From positions 135,966,001 through 136,030,000 of the forward strand of contig OZ024743.1 in the NCBI GenBank assembly GCA_964016885.1: 64,000 nt of DNA, given 5' to 3'. A model generated the notes under the pieces. The model worked only from the letters and a program-made list of their open reading frames with translations. It was not told where the DNA came from and ran no database searches. Each line of letters starts with the position of its first letter. The first letter of the stretch is position 1. Positions 48,396 through 62,500 of the stretch are shown here, in pieces. The translations under genes were made by a program, and so were the position numbers. This DNA is from Eledone cirrhosa (taxonomy: Eukaryota).

Positions 48396-51300
48396 CAAGC
48401 GCCAAGCGCCAAACACCAAATACCAAGCACCAAGCACTAAACACCAAACACCAAGCACCAAGCACCAAGCACCAAGCACCAAGCACCAAACACCAAGTAC
48501 CAAGCACCAAGCACCAAACACCAAACACCAAACACCAAGCACCAAGCTCCAAACACCAAACACCAAGCACCAAGCACCAGACACCAAGCACCAAGCACCA
48601 AGCACCAATTACCAAACACCAAGCACGAAGCACCAAACACCAAACACCAAGCACCAAGCACCAAACACCAAATACCAAGCACGAAGCACCAAGCACCAAG
48701 CACCAAATACCAAACTCCAAGCAACAAGCACCAAACACCAAACACCAAACACCAGGCACCAAGCACCAAGCACCAAGCACCAAGCAAAAAACACAAAGCA
48801 CCAAGCACCAAGCACCAAACACCAAACACCAAACACCAGGCACCAAGCACCAAGCAGCAAGCACCAAGCACCAAGCACAAAGCACCAAACACCAAACACC
48901 AAGCACTAAGCACCAAAGAGCAAAAACAAAGCACCAAGCACCAAACACCAAACACCAAACACCAAACACCAAACACCAAACACCAAACAGCAAAAACCAA
49001 ACAGCAAACAGCAAACACCAAACAGCAAACACCAAGCACCAAGTACCAAGCACCAAACAACAACACCAAGCACCAAGCACCAAACACCACGCACCAAGCA
49101 CCAAACACCAAACACCAAGCTCCAAGCACCAAACACCAAACACCAAGCACCAAGCAGCAAACACCAATCACCAAGCACCAAGCACCAAACACCAAGCACC
49201 AAACACCAAGCACCAATCACCAAACACCAAACACCAAGAACCAAGCACCAAACACCAAACACCAAGCACCTAGCACCAAACACCAAGCACCAAGCACCAA
49301 GCAACAAACACCAAGCACCAAGCACCAAACACCAAGCACCAAGCACGAAACACCAAGCACCAAGCACCGAGCACCAAACACCAAGTACCAAGCACCAATC
49401 ACCAAACACCAAGCACCAAGCACCAAACACCAAACACCAAACACCAAGCACCAAGCACCAAACACCAAACACCAAAAACCAAGCACCAAACACCAAATAC
49501 CAAGCACCAAGCACCAAACACCAAGCACCAAGCACCAAGCACAAAACACCAAGCACCAAGCGCTAAACATAAAACACTAAGCACCAAGCACCAAGCACCA
49601 AGCACCAAACACCAAACATCAAACACCAATCACCAAACATCAAACAGCAAACACCAAACACCAAACACCAAACATCAAACAGCAAACAACAAACAACAAA
49701 TGCCAAACATCAAACGCCAAACACCAAACACCAAATAGCAAACACCAAACCGCAAACACCAAACACCAAACAGGAAACACCAAACACCAAACAGCGAACA
49801 CCAAACAGCAAACACCAAACACCAAGCACCAAGCACCAAACACCAAGCACCAAGCACCAAACACCAAAAACCAAGCACCAAGCACTAAACACCAAGCACC
49901 AAGCACCGAGCACCAAACACCAAGTACCAAGCACCAATCACCAAACACCAAGCACCAAGCACCAAACACCAAACACCAAACACCAAGCACCAAGCACCAA
50001 ACACCAAACACCAAGAACCAAGCACCAAAAACCAAACACCAGGCACCAAGGACCAAGCACCAAGCACCAAGCAAAAAACACAAAGCACCAAGCACCAAGC
50101 ACCAAACACCAAACACCAAACACCAGGCACCAAGCACCAAGCAGCAAGCACCAAGCACCAAGCACAAAGCACCAAACACCAAACACCAAGCACTAAGCAC
50201 CAAACACCAAACACCAAGCACAAAGCACCAAAGAGCAAAAACAAAGCACCAAGCACCAAACACCAAACACCAAACACCAAACACCAATCAGCAAACACCA
50301 AACAGCAAACACCAAACAGCAAACAGCAAACACCAAACACCAAACACCAAGCACCAAGTATCAAGCACCAAACAACAACACCAAGCACCAAGCACCAAAC
50401 ACCAAGCACCAAGCACCAAACACCAAACACCAAGCTCCAAGCACCAAACACCAAACACGAAGCACCAAGCAGCAAACACCAATCACCAAGCACCAAGCAC
50501 CAAACACCAAGCACCAAACACCAAGCACCAATCACCAAACACCAAACACCAAGAACCAAGCACCAAACACAAAACACCAAGCACCAAGCACCAAACACCA
50601 AGCACCAAGCACCAAGCACCAAACACCAAACACCAAACACCAAGCACCTAGCACCAAACACCAAGCACCAAGCACCAAGCAACAAACACCAAGCACCAAG
50701 CACCAAACACCAAGCACCAAGCACGAAACACCAAGCACCAAGCACCGAGCACCAAACACCAAGTACCAAGCACCAATCACCAAACACCAAGCACCAAGCA
50801 CCAAACACCAAACACCAAACACCAAGCACCAAGCACCAAACACCAAACACCAAGAACCAAGCACCAAACACCAAATACCAAGCACCAAGCACCAAACACC
50901 AAGCACCAAGCACCAAGCACAAAACACCAAGCACCAAGCGCTAAACATAAAACACTAAGCACCAAGCACCAAGCACCAAACACCAAACATCAAACACCAA
51001 TCACCAAACATCAAACAGCAAACACCAAACACCAAACACCAAACATCAAACACCAAACACCAAACAACAAACAACAAATGCCAAACATCAAACGCCAAAC
51101 ACCAAACACCAAATAGCAAACACCAAACCGCAAACACCAAACACCAAACAGGAAACACCAAACACCAAACAGCGAACAACAAACAGCAAACACCAAACAC
51201 CAAGCACCAAGCACCAAGCACAAAAGACCAAGCACCAAGCGCCAAACACCAAACACCAAGCACCAAGCACCAAACACCAAGCACCAAACACCAAACACCA

Positions 51301-54300
51301 ATCACCAACCGCCAAACACCAAATACCAAGCACCAAGCACTAAACACCAAGCATCAAGCACCAAGCACCAAACACCAAGCACCAAGCACCAAGCACCAAG
51401 CACCAAACACAAAACACCAAGCACCAAGCACCAAGCATCAAGCACCAAGCACCAAACACCAAGCACCAAGCACCAAGCACCAAGCACCAAACACAAAACA
51501 CCAAGTACCAAGCACCAAGCACCAAACACCAAACACCAAACACCAAGCACCAAGCACCAAACACCAAACACCAAGCACCAAGCACCAGACACCAAGCACC
51601 AAGCACCAAGCACCAATCACCAAACACCAAGCACTAAGCACCAAATACCAAACACCAAGCTCCAAGCACCAAACACCAAACACCAAGCACCAAGCACCAA
51701 ACCTCAATCACCAAGCACCAAGCACCAAACCCCAAGCACCAAACACCAAGCACCAATCACCAAACACCAAACACCAAGAACCAAGCACCAAACACAAAAC
51801 ACCAAGCACCAAGCACCAAACACCAAGCACCAAGCACCAAGCACCAAACACCAAGCACCAAGTACCAAACACCAAACACCAAGCACCAAGCACCAAACAC
51901 CAAACACCAAGCACCAAGCACCAAACACTAAACACCAGGCTCCAAGCACAAAACACCAAGCACCAAGCACCAAGCACCAAACACCAAACACCAAACACCA
52001 AGCACCGAGCACCAAACACCATGCACCAAGCACCAAGCAACAAACAACAAGCACCAAGCACCAAACACCAAGCACCAAGCACCAAGCACCAAATACCAAA
52101 CACCAAGCACCAAGCACCAAGCACCAAGCACCAAGCACCAGACACGAAGCACCAAGCACCAAGCACCAAGCATCAAGCACCAAATACCAAACACCAAGCA
52201 CCAAGCACCACACACCAAACACCAAGCACCAAGCACCAAACACCAAACACCAAACACCAGGCACCAAGCACCAATCACCAAGCACCAAGCCAAAAACACA
52301 ATGCACCAAGCACCAAGCACCAAACACCAAGCCCAAAGCACCAAAGAGCAAAAACAAAACACCAAGCACCAAACACCAAACACCAAGCACCAAACACCAA
52401 ACACCAAGCACCAAGCACTAAACACCAAACACCAAGCAGCAAGCACCAAGCACCAAACACCAAGCACCAAGCACCAAGCACCAAACACCAAGCACCAAGC
52501 ACCAAACACCAAACACCAAGTGCCAAACACCAAGCACCAAATACCAAGCACCAAGCACCAAGCACCAGACACCAAGCACCAAGCACCAAGCACCAAACAC
52601 CAAACACCAACCACCAAGTACCAAGCACCAAACACCAAGCACCAATCACCAAACACCAAGCACCAAGCACCAAGCACCAAACACCAAGCACCAAGCACTA
52701 AACACCAAGCAACAAGCACCAAGCATCAAGCACCAAGCACCAAGCACCAAGCACCAAACACCAAGCACCAAGCACCAAGCACCAAACACCAAGCACCAAG
52801 CACCAAACAGCAAATACCAAGCACCAAACACCAAACACCAAGCACCAAGCACCAAACACCAAACACCAAGCACCAAACACCAAGCACCAAGTCCCAAGCA
52901 CCCAACACCAAGCACCAAGCACCAAACACCAAGCACCAAACACCAAGCACCAAGCACCAAACAGCAAACACCAAACAGCAAACACCAAACAGCAAACACC
53001 AAACAGCAAACACCAAACAGCAAACAGCAAACACCAAACACCAAACAGCAAACGCCAAAAATCAAACGCCAAACCCCAAACGCCAAACAGCAAATGCCAA
53101 ACCCCAAATGCCAAACAGCAAACGCCAAGCACCAAACACCAAACACCTAGCACCAAGCATAAAACACCAAACACCAAGCAACAAGCACCAAACACCAAAC
53201 ACCAAACACCAGGCACCAAGCACCAATCACCAAGCACCAAGCAAAAAACACAAATCACCAAGCACCAAGCACCAAACACCAAACACCAAACACCAGGCAC
53301 CAAGCACCAAGCAGCAAGCACCAAGCACCAAGTACCAAGCACCAAACACCAAACACCAAGCACTAAGCACCAAACACCAAACACCAAGCACAAAGCACCA
53401 AAGAGCAAAAACAAAGCACCAAGCACCAAACACCAAACACCAAACACCAAACACCAAACAGCAAACACCAAACAGCAAACACCAAACAGCAAACAGCAAA
53501 CACCAAACACCAAACACCAAGCACCAAGCACCAAGCACCAAACAACAACACCAAGCACCAAGCACCAAACACCAAGCATGAAGCACCAAACACCAAACAC
53601 CAAGCTCCAAGCACCAAACACCATACACCAAGCACCAAGCACCAAACACCAATCACCAAGCACCAAGCACCAAACCCCAAGCACCAAACACCAAGCACCA
53701 ATCACCAAACACCAAACACCAAGAACCAAGCACCAAACACAAAACACCAAGCACCAAGCACCAAACACCAAACACCAAGCACCAAGCACCAAACACCAAA
53801 CACCAGGCTCCAAGCACAAAACACCAAGCACCAAGCACCAAGCACCAAGCACCAAACACCAAACACCAAACACCAAGCACCAAGCACCAAACACCAAGCA
53901 CCAAGCACCAAGCAACAAACACCAAGCACCAAGCACCAAACACCAAGCAGCAAGCACGAAACACCAAGCACCAAGCACCGAGCACCAAACACCAAGTACC
54001 AAGCACCAATCACCAAACACCAAGCACCAAGCACCAAACACCAAACACCAAACACCAAGCACCAAGCACCAAACACCAAATACCAAGCACCAAGCACTAA
54101 GCACCAAACACCAAGCACCAAGCACCAAGCATCAAGCACCAAGCACCAAACACCAAGCACCAAGCACCAAGCACCAAGCACCAAACACAAAACACCAAGT
54201 ACCAAGCACCAAGCACCAAACACCAAACACCAAACACCAAGCACCAAGCACCAATCACCAAGCACCAAGCACCAAACCCCAAGCACCAAACACCAAGCAC

Positions 54301-54629
54301 CAATCACCAAACACCAAACACCAAGAACCAAGCACCAAACACCAAGCACCAAGCACCAAGCACAAAACACCAAGCACCAAGCGCTAAACATAAAACACTA
54401 AGCACCAAGCACCAAGCACCAAGCACCAAACACCAAACATCAAACACCAATCACCAAACATCAAACAGCAAACACCAAACACCAAACACCAAACATCAAA
54501 CACCAAATAGCAAACACCAAACCGCAAACACCAAACACCAAACAGGAAACACCAAACACCAAACAGCGAACAGCAAACAGCAAACACCAAACACCAAGCA
54601 CCAAGCACAAAACACCAAGCACCAAGCGC

Positions 54630-57600
54630 CAAACACCAAACACCAAGCACCAAGCACCAAACACCAAGCACCAAACACCAAGCACCAATCACCAAACACC
54701 AAACACCAAGAACCAAACACCAAACACAAAACACCAAGCACCAAGCACCAAACACCAAGCACCAAGCACCAAGCACCAAACACCAAACACCAAACACCAA
54801 GCACCTAGCAACAAACACCAAGCACCAAGCACCAAACACCAAACACCAAACACAAAGCACCAAAGAGCAAAAACAAAGCACCAAGCACCAAACACCAAAC
54901 ACCAAACACCAAACACCAAACAGCAAACACCAAACAGCAAACACCAAACAGCAAACAGCAAACACCAAACACCAAATACCAAGCACCAAGTACCAAGCAC
55001 CAAACAACAACACCAAGCACCAAGCACCAAACACCAAGCACCAAGCACCAAACACCAAACACCAAGCTCCAAGCACCAAACACCAAACACCAAGCACCAA
55101 GCAGCAAACACCAATCACCAAGCACCAAGCACCAAACACCAAGCACCAAACACCAAGCACCAATCACCAAACACCAAAGACCAAGAACCAAGCACCAAAC
55201 ACAAAACACCAAGCACCAAGCACCAAACACCAAGCACCAAGCACCAAGCACCAAACACCAAACACCAAACACCAAGCACCTAGCACCAAACACCAAGCAC
55301 CAAGCACCAAGCAACAAACACCAAGCACCAAGCACCAAACACCAAGCACCAAGCACAAAACACCAAGCACCAAGCACCGAGCACCAAACACCAAGTACCA
55401 AGCACCAATCACCAAACACCAAGCACCAAGCACCAAACACCAAATACCAAGCACCAAGCACTAAACACCAAACACCAAGCAGCAAGCACCAAGCATCAAG
55501 CACCAAGCACCAAACACCAAGCACCAAGCACCAAGCACCAAGCACCAAACACAAAACACCAAGTACCAAGCACCAAGCACCAAACACCAAACACCAAACA
55601 ACAAGCACCAAGCACCAAACACCAAATACCAAGCTCCAAGCACCAAACACCAAATACCAAGCACCAAGCAACAAACACCAATCACCAAGCACCAAGCACC
55701 AAACCCCAAGCACCAAACACCAAGCACCAATCACCAAACACCAAACACCAAGAACCAAGCACCAAACACCAAGCACCAAGCACCAAGCACAAAACACCAA
55801 GCACCAAGCGCTAAACATAAAACACTAAGCAACAAGCACCAAGCACCAAGCACCAAACACCAAACATCAAACACCAATCACCAAACATCAAACAGCAAAC
55901 ACCAAACACCAAACACCAAACATCAAACAGCAAACAGCAAACAGCAAACAACAAACAACAAATGCCAAACATCAAACGCCAAACACCAAACACCAAATAG
56001 CAAACACCAAACCGCAAACACCAAACACCAAACAGGAAACACCAAACACCAAACAGCGAACACCAAACAGCAAACACCAAACACCAAGCACCAAACACCA
56101 AGCACAAAACACCAAGCACCAAGCGCCAAACACCAAACACCAAGCACCAAGCACCAAACACCAAGCACCAAACACCAAACACCAATCACCAAGCGCCAAA
56201 CACCAAATACCAAGCACCAAGCACTAAACACCAAACACCAAGCAACAGGCACCAAGCATCAAGCACCAAGCACCAAACACCAAGCACCAAGCACCAAGCA
56301 CCAAGCACCAAACACAAAACACCAAGTACCAAGCACCAAGCACCAAACACCAAACACCAAACACCAAGCACCAAGCACCAAACACCAAACACCAAGCACC
56401 AAGCACCAGACACCAAGCACCAAGCACCAAGCACCAATCACCAAACACCAAGCACGAAGCACCAAACACCAAACACCAAGCACCAAGCACCAAACACCAA
56501 ATACCAAGCACCAAGCACCAAGCACCAAACACCAAACACCAAGCACCAAGCACCAAGCACCAAACACCAAGCACCAAACACCAAGCATCAGACACGAAGC
56601 ACCAAGCACCAAGCACCAAACACCAAGCACCAAGCACCACACATCAAACACCAAGCACCAAGCACCAAACACCAAACACCAAACACCAAACAGCAAACAC
56701 CAAACAGCAAACACCAAACAGCAAACAGCAAACACCAAACACCAAACACCAAGCACCAAGCACCAAGCACCAAACAACAACACCAAGCACCAAGCACCAA
56801 ACACCAAGCACCAAGCACCAAGCACCAAATACCAAACACCAAGCTCCAAGCACCAAACACCAAGCACCAAGCACCAAACACCAATCACCAAGCACCAAGC
56901 ACGAAACCCCAAGCACCAAACACCAAGCACCAATCACCAAACACCAAACACCAAGAACCAAGCACCAAACACAAAACACCAAGCACCAAGCACCAAACAC
57001 CAAGCACCAAGCACCAAGCACCAAACACCAAGCACCAAGTACCAAGCACCAAACACCAAACACCAAGCACCAAGCACCAAACACCAAGCACCAAACACCA
57101 AGCACCAATCACCAAACACCAAACACCAAGAACCAAACACCAAACACAAAACACCAAGCACCAAGCACCAAACACCAAGCACCAAGCACCAAGCACCAAA
57201 CACCAAACACCAAACACCAAGCACCTAGCAACAAACACCAAGCACCAAGCACCAAACACCAAACACCAAGCACAAAGCACCAAAGAGCAAAAACAAAGCA
57301 CCAAGCACCAAACACCAAACACCAAACACCAAACACCAAACAGCAAACACCAAACAGCAAACACCAAACAGCAAACAGCAAACACCAAACACCAAATACC
57401 AAGCACCAAGTACCAAGCACCAAACAACAACACCAAGCACCAAGCACCAAACACCAAGCACCAAGCACCAAACACCAAACACCAAGCTCCAAGCACCAAA
57501 CACCAAACACCAAGCACCAAGCAGCAAACACCAATCACCAAGCACCAAGCACCAAACACCAAGCACCAAACACCAAGCACCAATCACCAAACACCAAACA

Positions 57601-59520
57601 CCAAGAACCAAGCACCAAACACAAAACACCAAGCACCAAGCACCAAACACCAAGCACCAAGCACCAAGCACCAAACACCAAACACCAAACACCAAGCACC
57701 TAGCACCAAACACCAAGCACCAAGCACCAAGCAACAAACACCAAGCACCAAGCACCAAACACCAAGCACCAAGCACAAAACACCAAGCACCAAGCACCGA
57801 GCACCAAACACCAAGTACCAAGCACCAATCACCAAACACCAAGCACCAAGCACCAAACACCAAATACCAAGCACCAAGCACTAAACACCAAACACCAAGC
57901 AGCAAGCACCAAGCATCAAGCACCAAGCACCAAACACCAAGCACCAAGCACCAAGCACCAAGCACCAAACACAAAACACCAAGTACCAAGCACCAAGCAC
58001 CAAACACCAAACACCAAACACCAAGCACCAAGCACCAAACACCAAATACCAAGCTCCAAGCACCAAACACCAAATACCAAGCACCAAGCAACAAACACCA
58101 ATCACCAAGCACCAAGCACCAAACCCCAAGCACCAAACACCAAGCACCAATCACCAAACACCAAACACCAAGAACCAAGCACCAAACACCAAGCACCAAG
58201 CACCAAGCACAAAACACCAAGCACCAAGCGCTAAACATAAAACACTAAGCAACAAGCACCAAGCACCAAGCACCAAACACCAAACATCAAACACCAATCA
58301 CCAAACATCAAACAGCAAACACCAAACACCAAACACCAAACATCAAACAGCAAACAGCAAACAACAAACAACAAATGCCAAACATCAAACGCCAAACACC
58401 AAACACCAAATAGCAAACACCAAACCGCAAACACCAAACACCAAACAGGAAACACCAAACACCAAACAGCGAACACCAAACAGCAAACACCAAACACCAA
58501 GCACCAAACACCAAGCACAAAACACCAAGCACCAAGCGCCAAACACCAAACACCAAGCACCAAGCACCAAACACCAACCACCAAACACCAAACACCAATC
58601 ACCAAGCGCCAAACACCAAATACCAAGCACCAAGCACTAAACACCAAACACCAAGCAACAGGCACCAAGCATCAAGCACCAAGCACCAAACACCAAGCAC
58701 CAAGCACCAAGCACCAAGCACCAAACACAAAACACCAAGTACCAAGCACCAAGCACCAAACACCAAACACCAAACACCAAGCACCAAGCACCAAACACCA
58801 AACACCAAGCACCAAGCACCAGACACCAAGCACCAAGCACCAAGCACCAATCACCAAACACCAAGCACGAAGCACCAAACACCAAACACCAAGCACCAAG
58901 CACCAAACACCAAACACCAAGCACCAAGCACCAAACACCAAATACCAAGCACCAAGCACCAAGCACCAAGCACCAAACACCAAGCACCAAGCACCAAGCA
59001 CCAAACACCAAGCACCAAACACCAAGCATCAGACACGAAGCACCAAGCACCAAGCACCAAACACCAAGCACCAAGCACCACACATCAAACACCAAGCACC
59101 AAGCACCAAACACCAAACACCAAACACCAAACAGCAAACACCAAACAGCAAACACCAAACAGCAAACAGCAAACACCAAACACCAAACACCAAGCACCAA
59201 GCACCAAGCACCAAACAACAACACCAAGCACCAAGCACCAAACACCAAGCCACAAGCACCAAGCACCAAATACCAAACACCAAGCTCCAAGCACCAAACA
59301 CCAAGCACCAAGCACCAAACACCAATCACCAAGCACCAAGCACGAAACCCCAAGCACCAAACACCAAGCACCAATCACCAAACACCAAACACCAAGAACC
59401 AAGCACCAAACACAAAACACCAAGCACCAAGCACCAAACACCAAGCACCAAGCACCAAGCACCAAACACCAAGCACCAAGTACCAAGCACCAAACACCAA
59501 ACACCAAGCACCAAGCACCA
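54630..59520 (-). repeat. Tandem duplication, ~2420-bp unit
   Basis: ORF pairs 54689/57109, 54805/57225, 55164/57584, 55461/57881 and 55811/58231 differ by 2420. Later offsets of 2413 and 2441 reflect whole-monomer gain or loss. Confidence 0.9.
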
Positions 59521-62500
59521 AACACTAAACACCAGGCTCCAAGCACAAAACACCAAGCACCAAGCACCAAGCACCAAGCACCAAACACCAAACACCAAGC
59601 CCAAAGCACCAAAGAGCAGAAACAAAACACCAAGCACCAAACACCAAACACCAAGCACCAAACACCAAACAGCCAACACCAAACACCAAACACCAAACAC
59701 CAAATAGCAAAAACCAAAGAGCAAACTCCAAACACCAAACAGCAAACACAAAACACCAAACAGCAAACACCAAACAGCAAACTCCAAACACCAAACACCA
59801 AGCACCAAGCACCAAGCACCAAACACCAAGCACCAATCACCAAACACCAAACACCAAGCACCAAGCACCAAACACCAAAAACCAAGCACCAAGCACCAAG
59901 CACCAAACACCATACGCCAAACACCAAACACCAAGCACCAAGCACCAAACACCAAGCACCAAGCGCCAAAGACCAAACACCAAGCACCAAGCACGAAACA
60001 CCAAGCACCAAGCACCGAGCACCAAACACCATGTACCAAGCACCAATCACCAAACACCAAGCACCAAGCACCAAACACCAAACACCAAACACCAAGCACC
60101 AAGCACCAAACACCAAACACCAAGAACCAACCACCAAACACCAAATACCAAGCACCAAGCACTAAACACCAAACACCAAGCATCATGCACCAAGCATCAA
60201 GCACCAAACACCAAGCACCAAGCACCAAGCACCAAGCACCAAACACAAAACACCAAGTACCAAGCACCAAGCACCAAACACCAAACACCAAACACCAAGC
60301 ACCAAGCACCAAACACCAAACACCAAGCACCAAGCACCAGACACCAAGCACCAAGCACCAAGCACCAAGGACCAAACACCAAACACCAAACACCAAACAC
60401 CAGGCTCAAAGCACCAAACACCAAGCACCAAGCACCAAAAACCAAAGACCAAGCACAAAGCACCAAAGAGCAAACACCAAACAGCAAACACCAAACACCA
60501 AACACCAAACAGCAAACACCAAACAGCAAACACCAAACACCAAATAGCAAACACCAAAGGGCAAACTCCAAACACCAAACAGCAAACACAAAACACCAAA
60601 CAGCAAACAACAAACAGCAAACACCAAAGAGCAAACAGCAAACACCAAACACCAAACACCAAGCACCAAGCACCAAGCACCAAACACCAACACCAAGCAC
60701 CAAGCACCAAACACCAAGCACCAAGCACCAAACACCAAACACCAAGCTCCAAGCACCAAACACCAAACACCAAGCACCAAGCACCAAACACCAATCACCA
60801 AGCACCAAGCACCAAACCCCAAGCACCAAACACCAAGCACAAAACACCAAGCACCAAGCACCAAACACCAAACATCAAACACCAAACAGCAAACAACAAA
60901 CAACAAACGCCAAACATCAAACGCCAAACACCAAACACCAAATAGCAAACACCAAACCGCAAACACCAAACACCAAACACCAAACACCAAACACCAAGCA
61001 CCTAGCACCAAACACCAAGCACCAAGCACCAAGCAACAAACACCAAGCACCAAGCACCAAACACCAAGCACCAAGCACGAAACACCAAGCACCAAGCACC
61101 GAGCACCAAACACCAAGTACCAAGCACCAATCACCAAACACCAAGCACCAAACACCAAACACCAAACACCAAACACCTAGCACCAAGCACCAAACACCAA
61201 ACACCAAGAACCAAGCACCAAACACCAAATACCAAGCACCAAGCACTAAACACCAAACACCAAGCACCAAGCACCAAGCATCAAGCACCAAGCACCAAAC
61301 ACCAAGCACCAAGCACCAAGCACCAAGCACCAAACACAAAAAACCAAGTACCAAGCACCAAGCACCAAACACCAAACACCAAACACCAAGCACCAAGCAC
61401 CAAACACCAAATACCAAGCTCCAAGCACCAAACACCAAATACCAAGCACCAAGCAACAAACACCAATCACCAAGCACCAAGCACCAAACCCCAAGCACCA
61501 AACACCAAGCACCAATCACCAAACACCAAACATCAAGAACCAAGCACCAAACACCAAGCACCAAGCACCAAGCACAAAACACCAAGCACCAAGCGCTAAA
61601 CATAAAACACTAAGCACCAAGCACCAAGCACCAAGCACCAAACACCAAACATCAAACACCAATCACCAAACATCAAACAGCAAACACCAAACACCAAACA
61701 CCAAACATCAAACACCAAACAGCAAACAACAAACAACAAATGCCAAACTTCAAACGCCAAACACCAAACACCAAATAGCAAACACCAAACCGCAAACACC
61801 AAACACCAAACAGGAAACACCAAACACCAAACAGCGAACACCAAACAGCAAACACCAAACACCAAGCACCAAGCACCAAGCACAAAACACCAAGCACCAA
61901 GCGCCAAACACCAAACACCAAGCACCAAGCACCAAACACCAAGCACCAAACACCAAACACCAATCACCAAGCGCCAAACACCAAATACCAAGCACCAAGC
62001 ACTAAACACCAAACACCAAGCACCAAGCACCAAGCATCAAGCACCAAGCACCAAACACCAAGCACCAAGCACCAAGCACCAAGCACCAAACACAAAACAC
62101 CAAGTACCAAGCACCAAGCACCAAACACCAAACACCAAACACCAAGCACCAAGCACCAAACACCAAACCCCAAGCACCAAGCACCAGACACCAAGCACCA
62201 AGCACCAAGCACCAATCACCAAACACCAAGCACCAAACACCAAACACCAATCACCAAGCGCCAAACACCAAATACCAAGCACCAAGCACTAAACACCAAA
62301 CACCAAGCAACAGGCACCAAGCATCAAGCACCAAGCACCAAACACCAAGCACCAAGCACCAAGCACCAAGCACCAAACACAAAACACCAAGTACCAAGCA
62401 CCAAGCACCAAACACCAAACACCAAACACCAAGCACCAAGCACCAAACACCAAACACCAAGCACCAAGCACCAGACACCAAGCACCAAGCACCAAGCACC

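Noticed and set aside
21753-60547. (TKHQAPS/TKHQTPN)n ORFs resembling mucins or Pol II CTD heptads (e.g. 38145-40304, 719 aa)
   Set aside because: These are the opposite-strand reading of the same repeat. They have no signal peptide, unique termini or frame preference, and do not match YSPTSPS.
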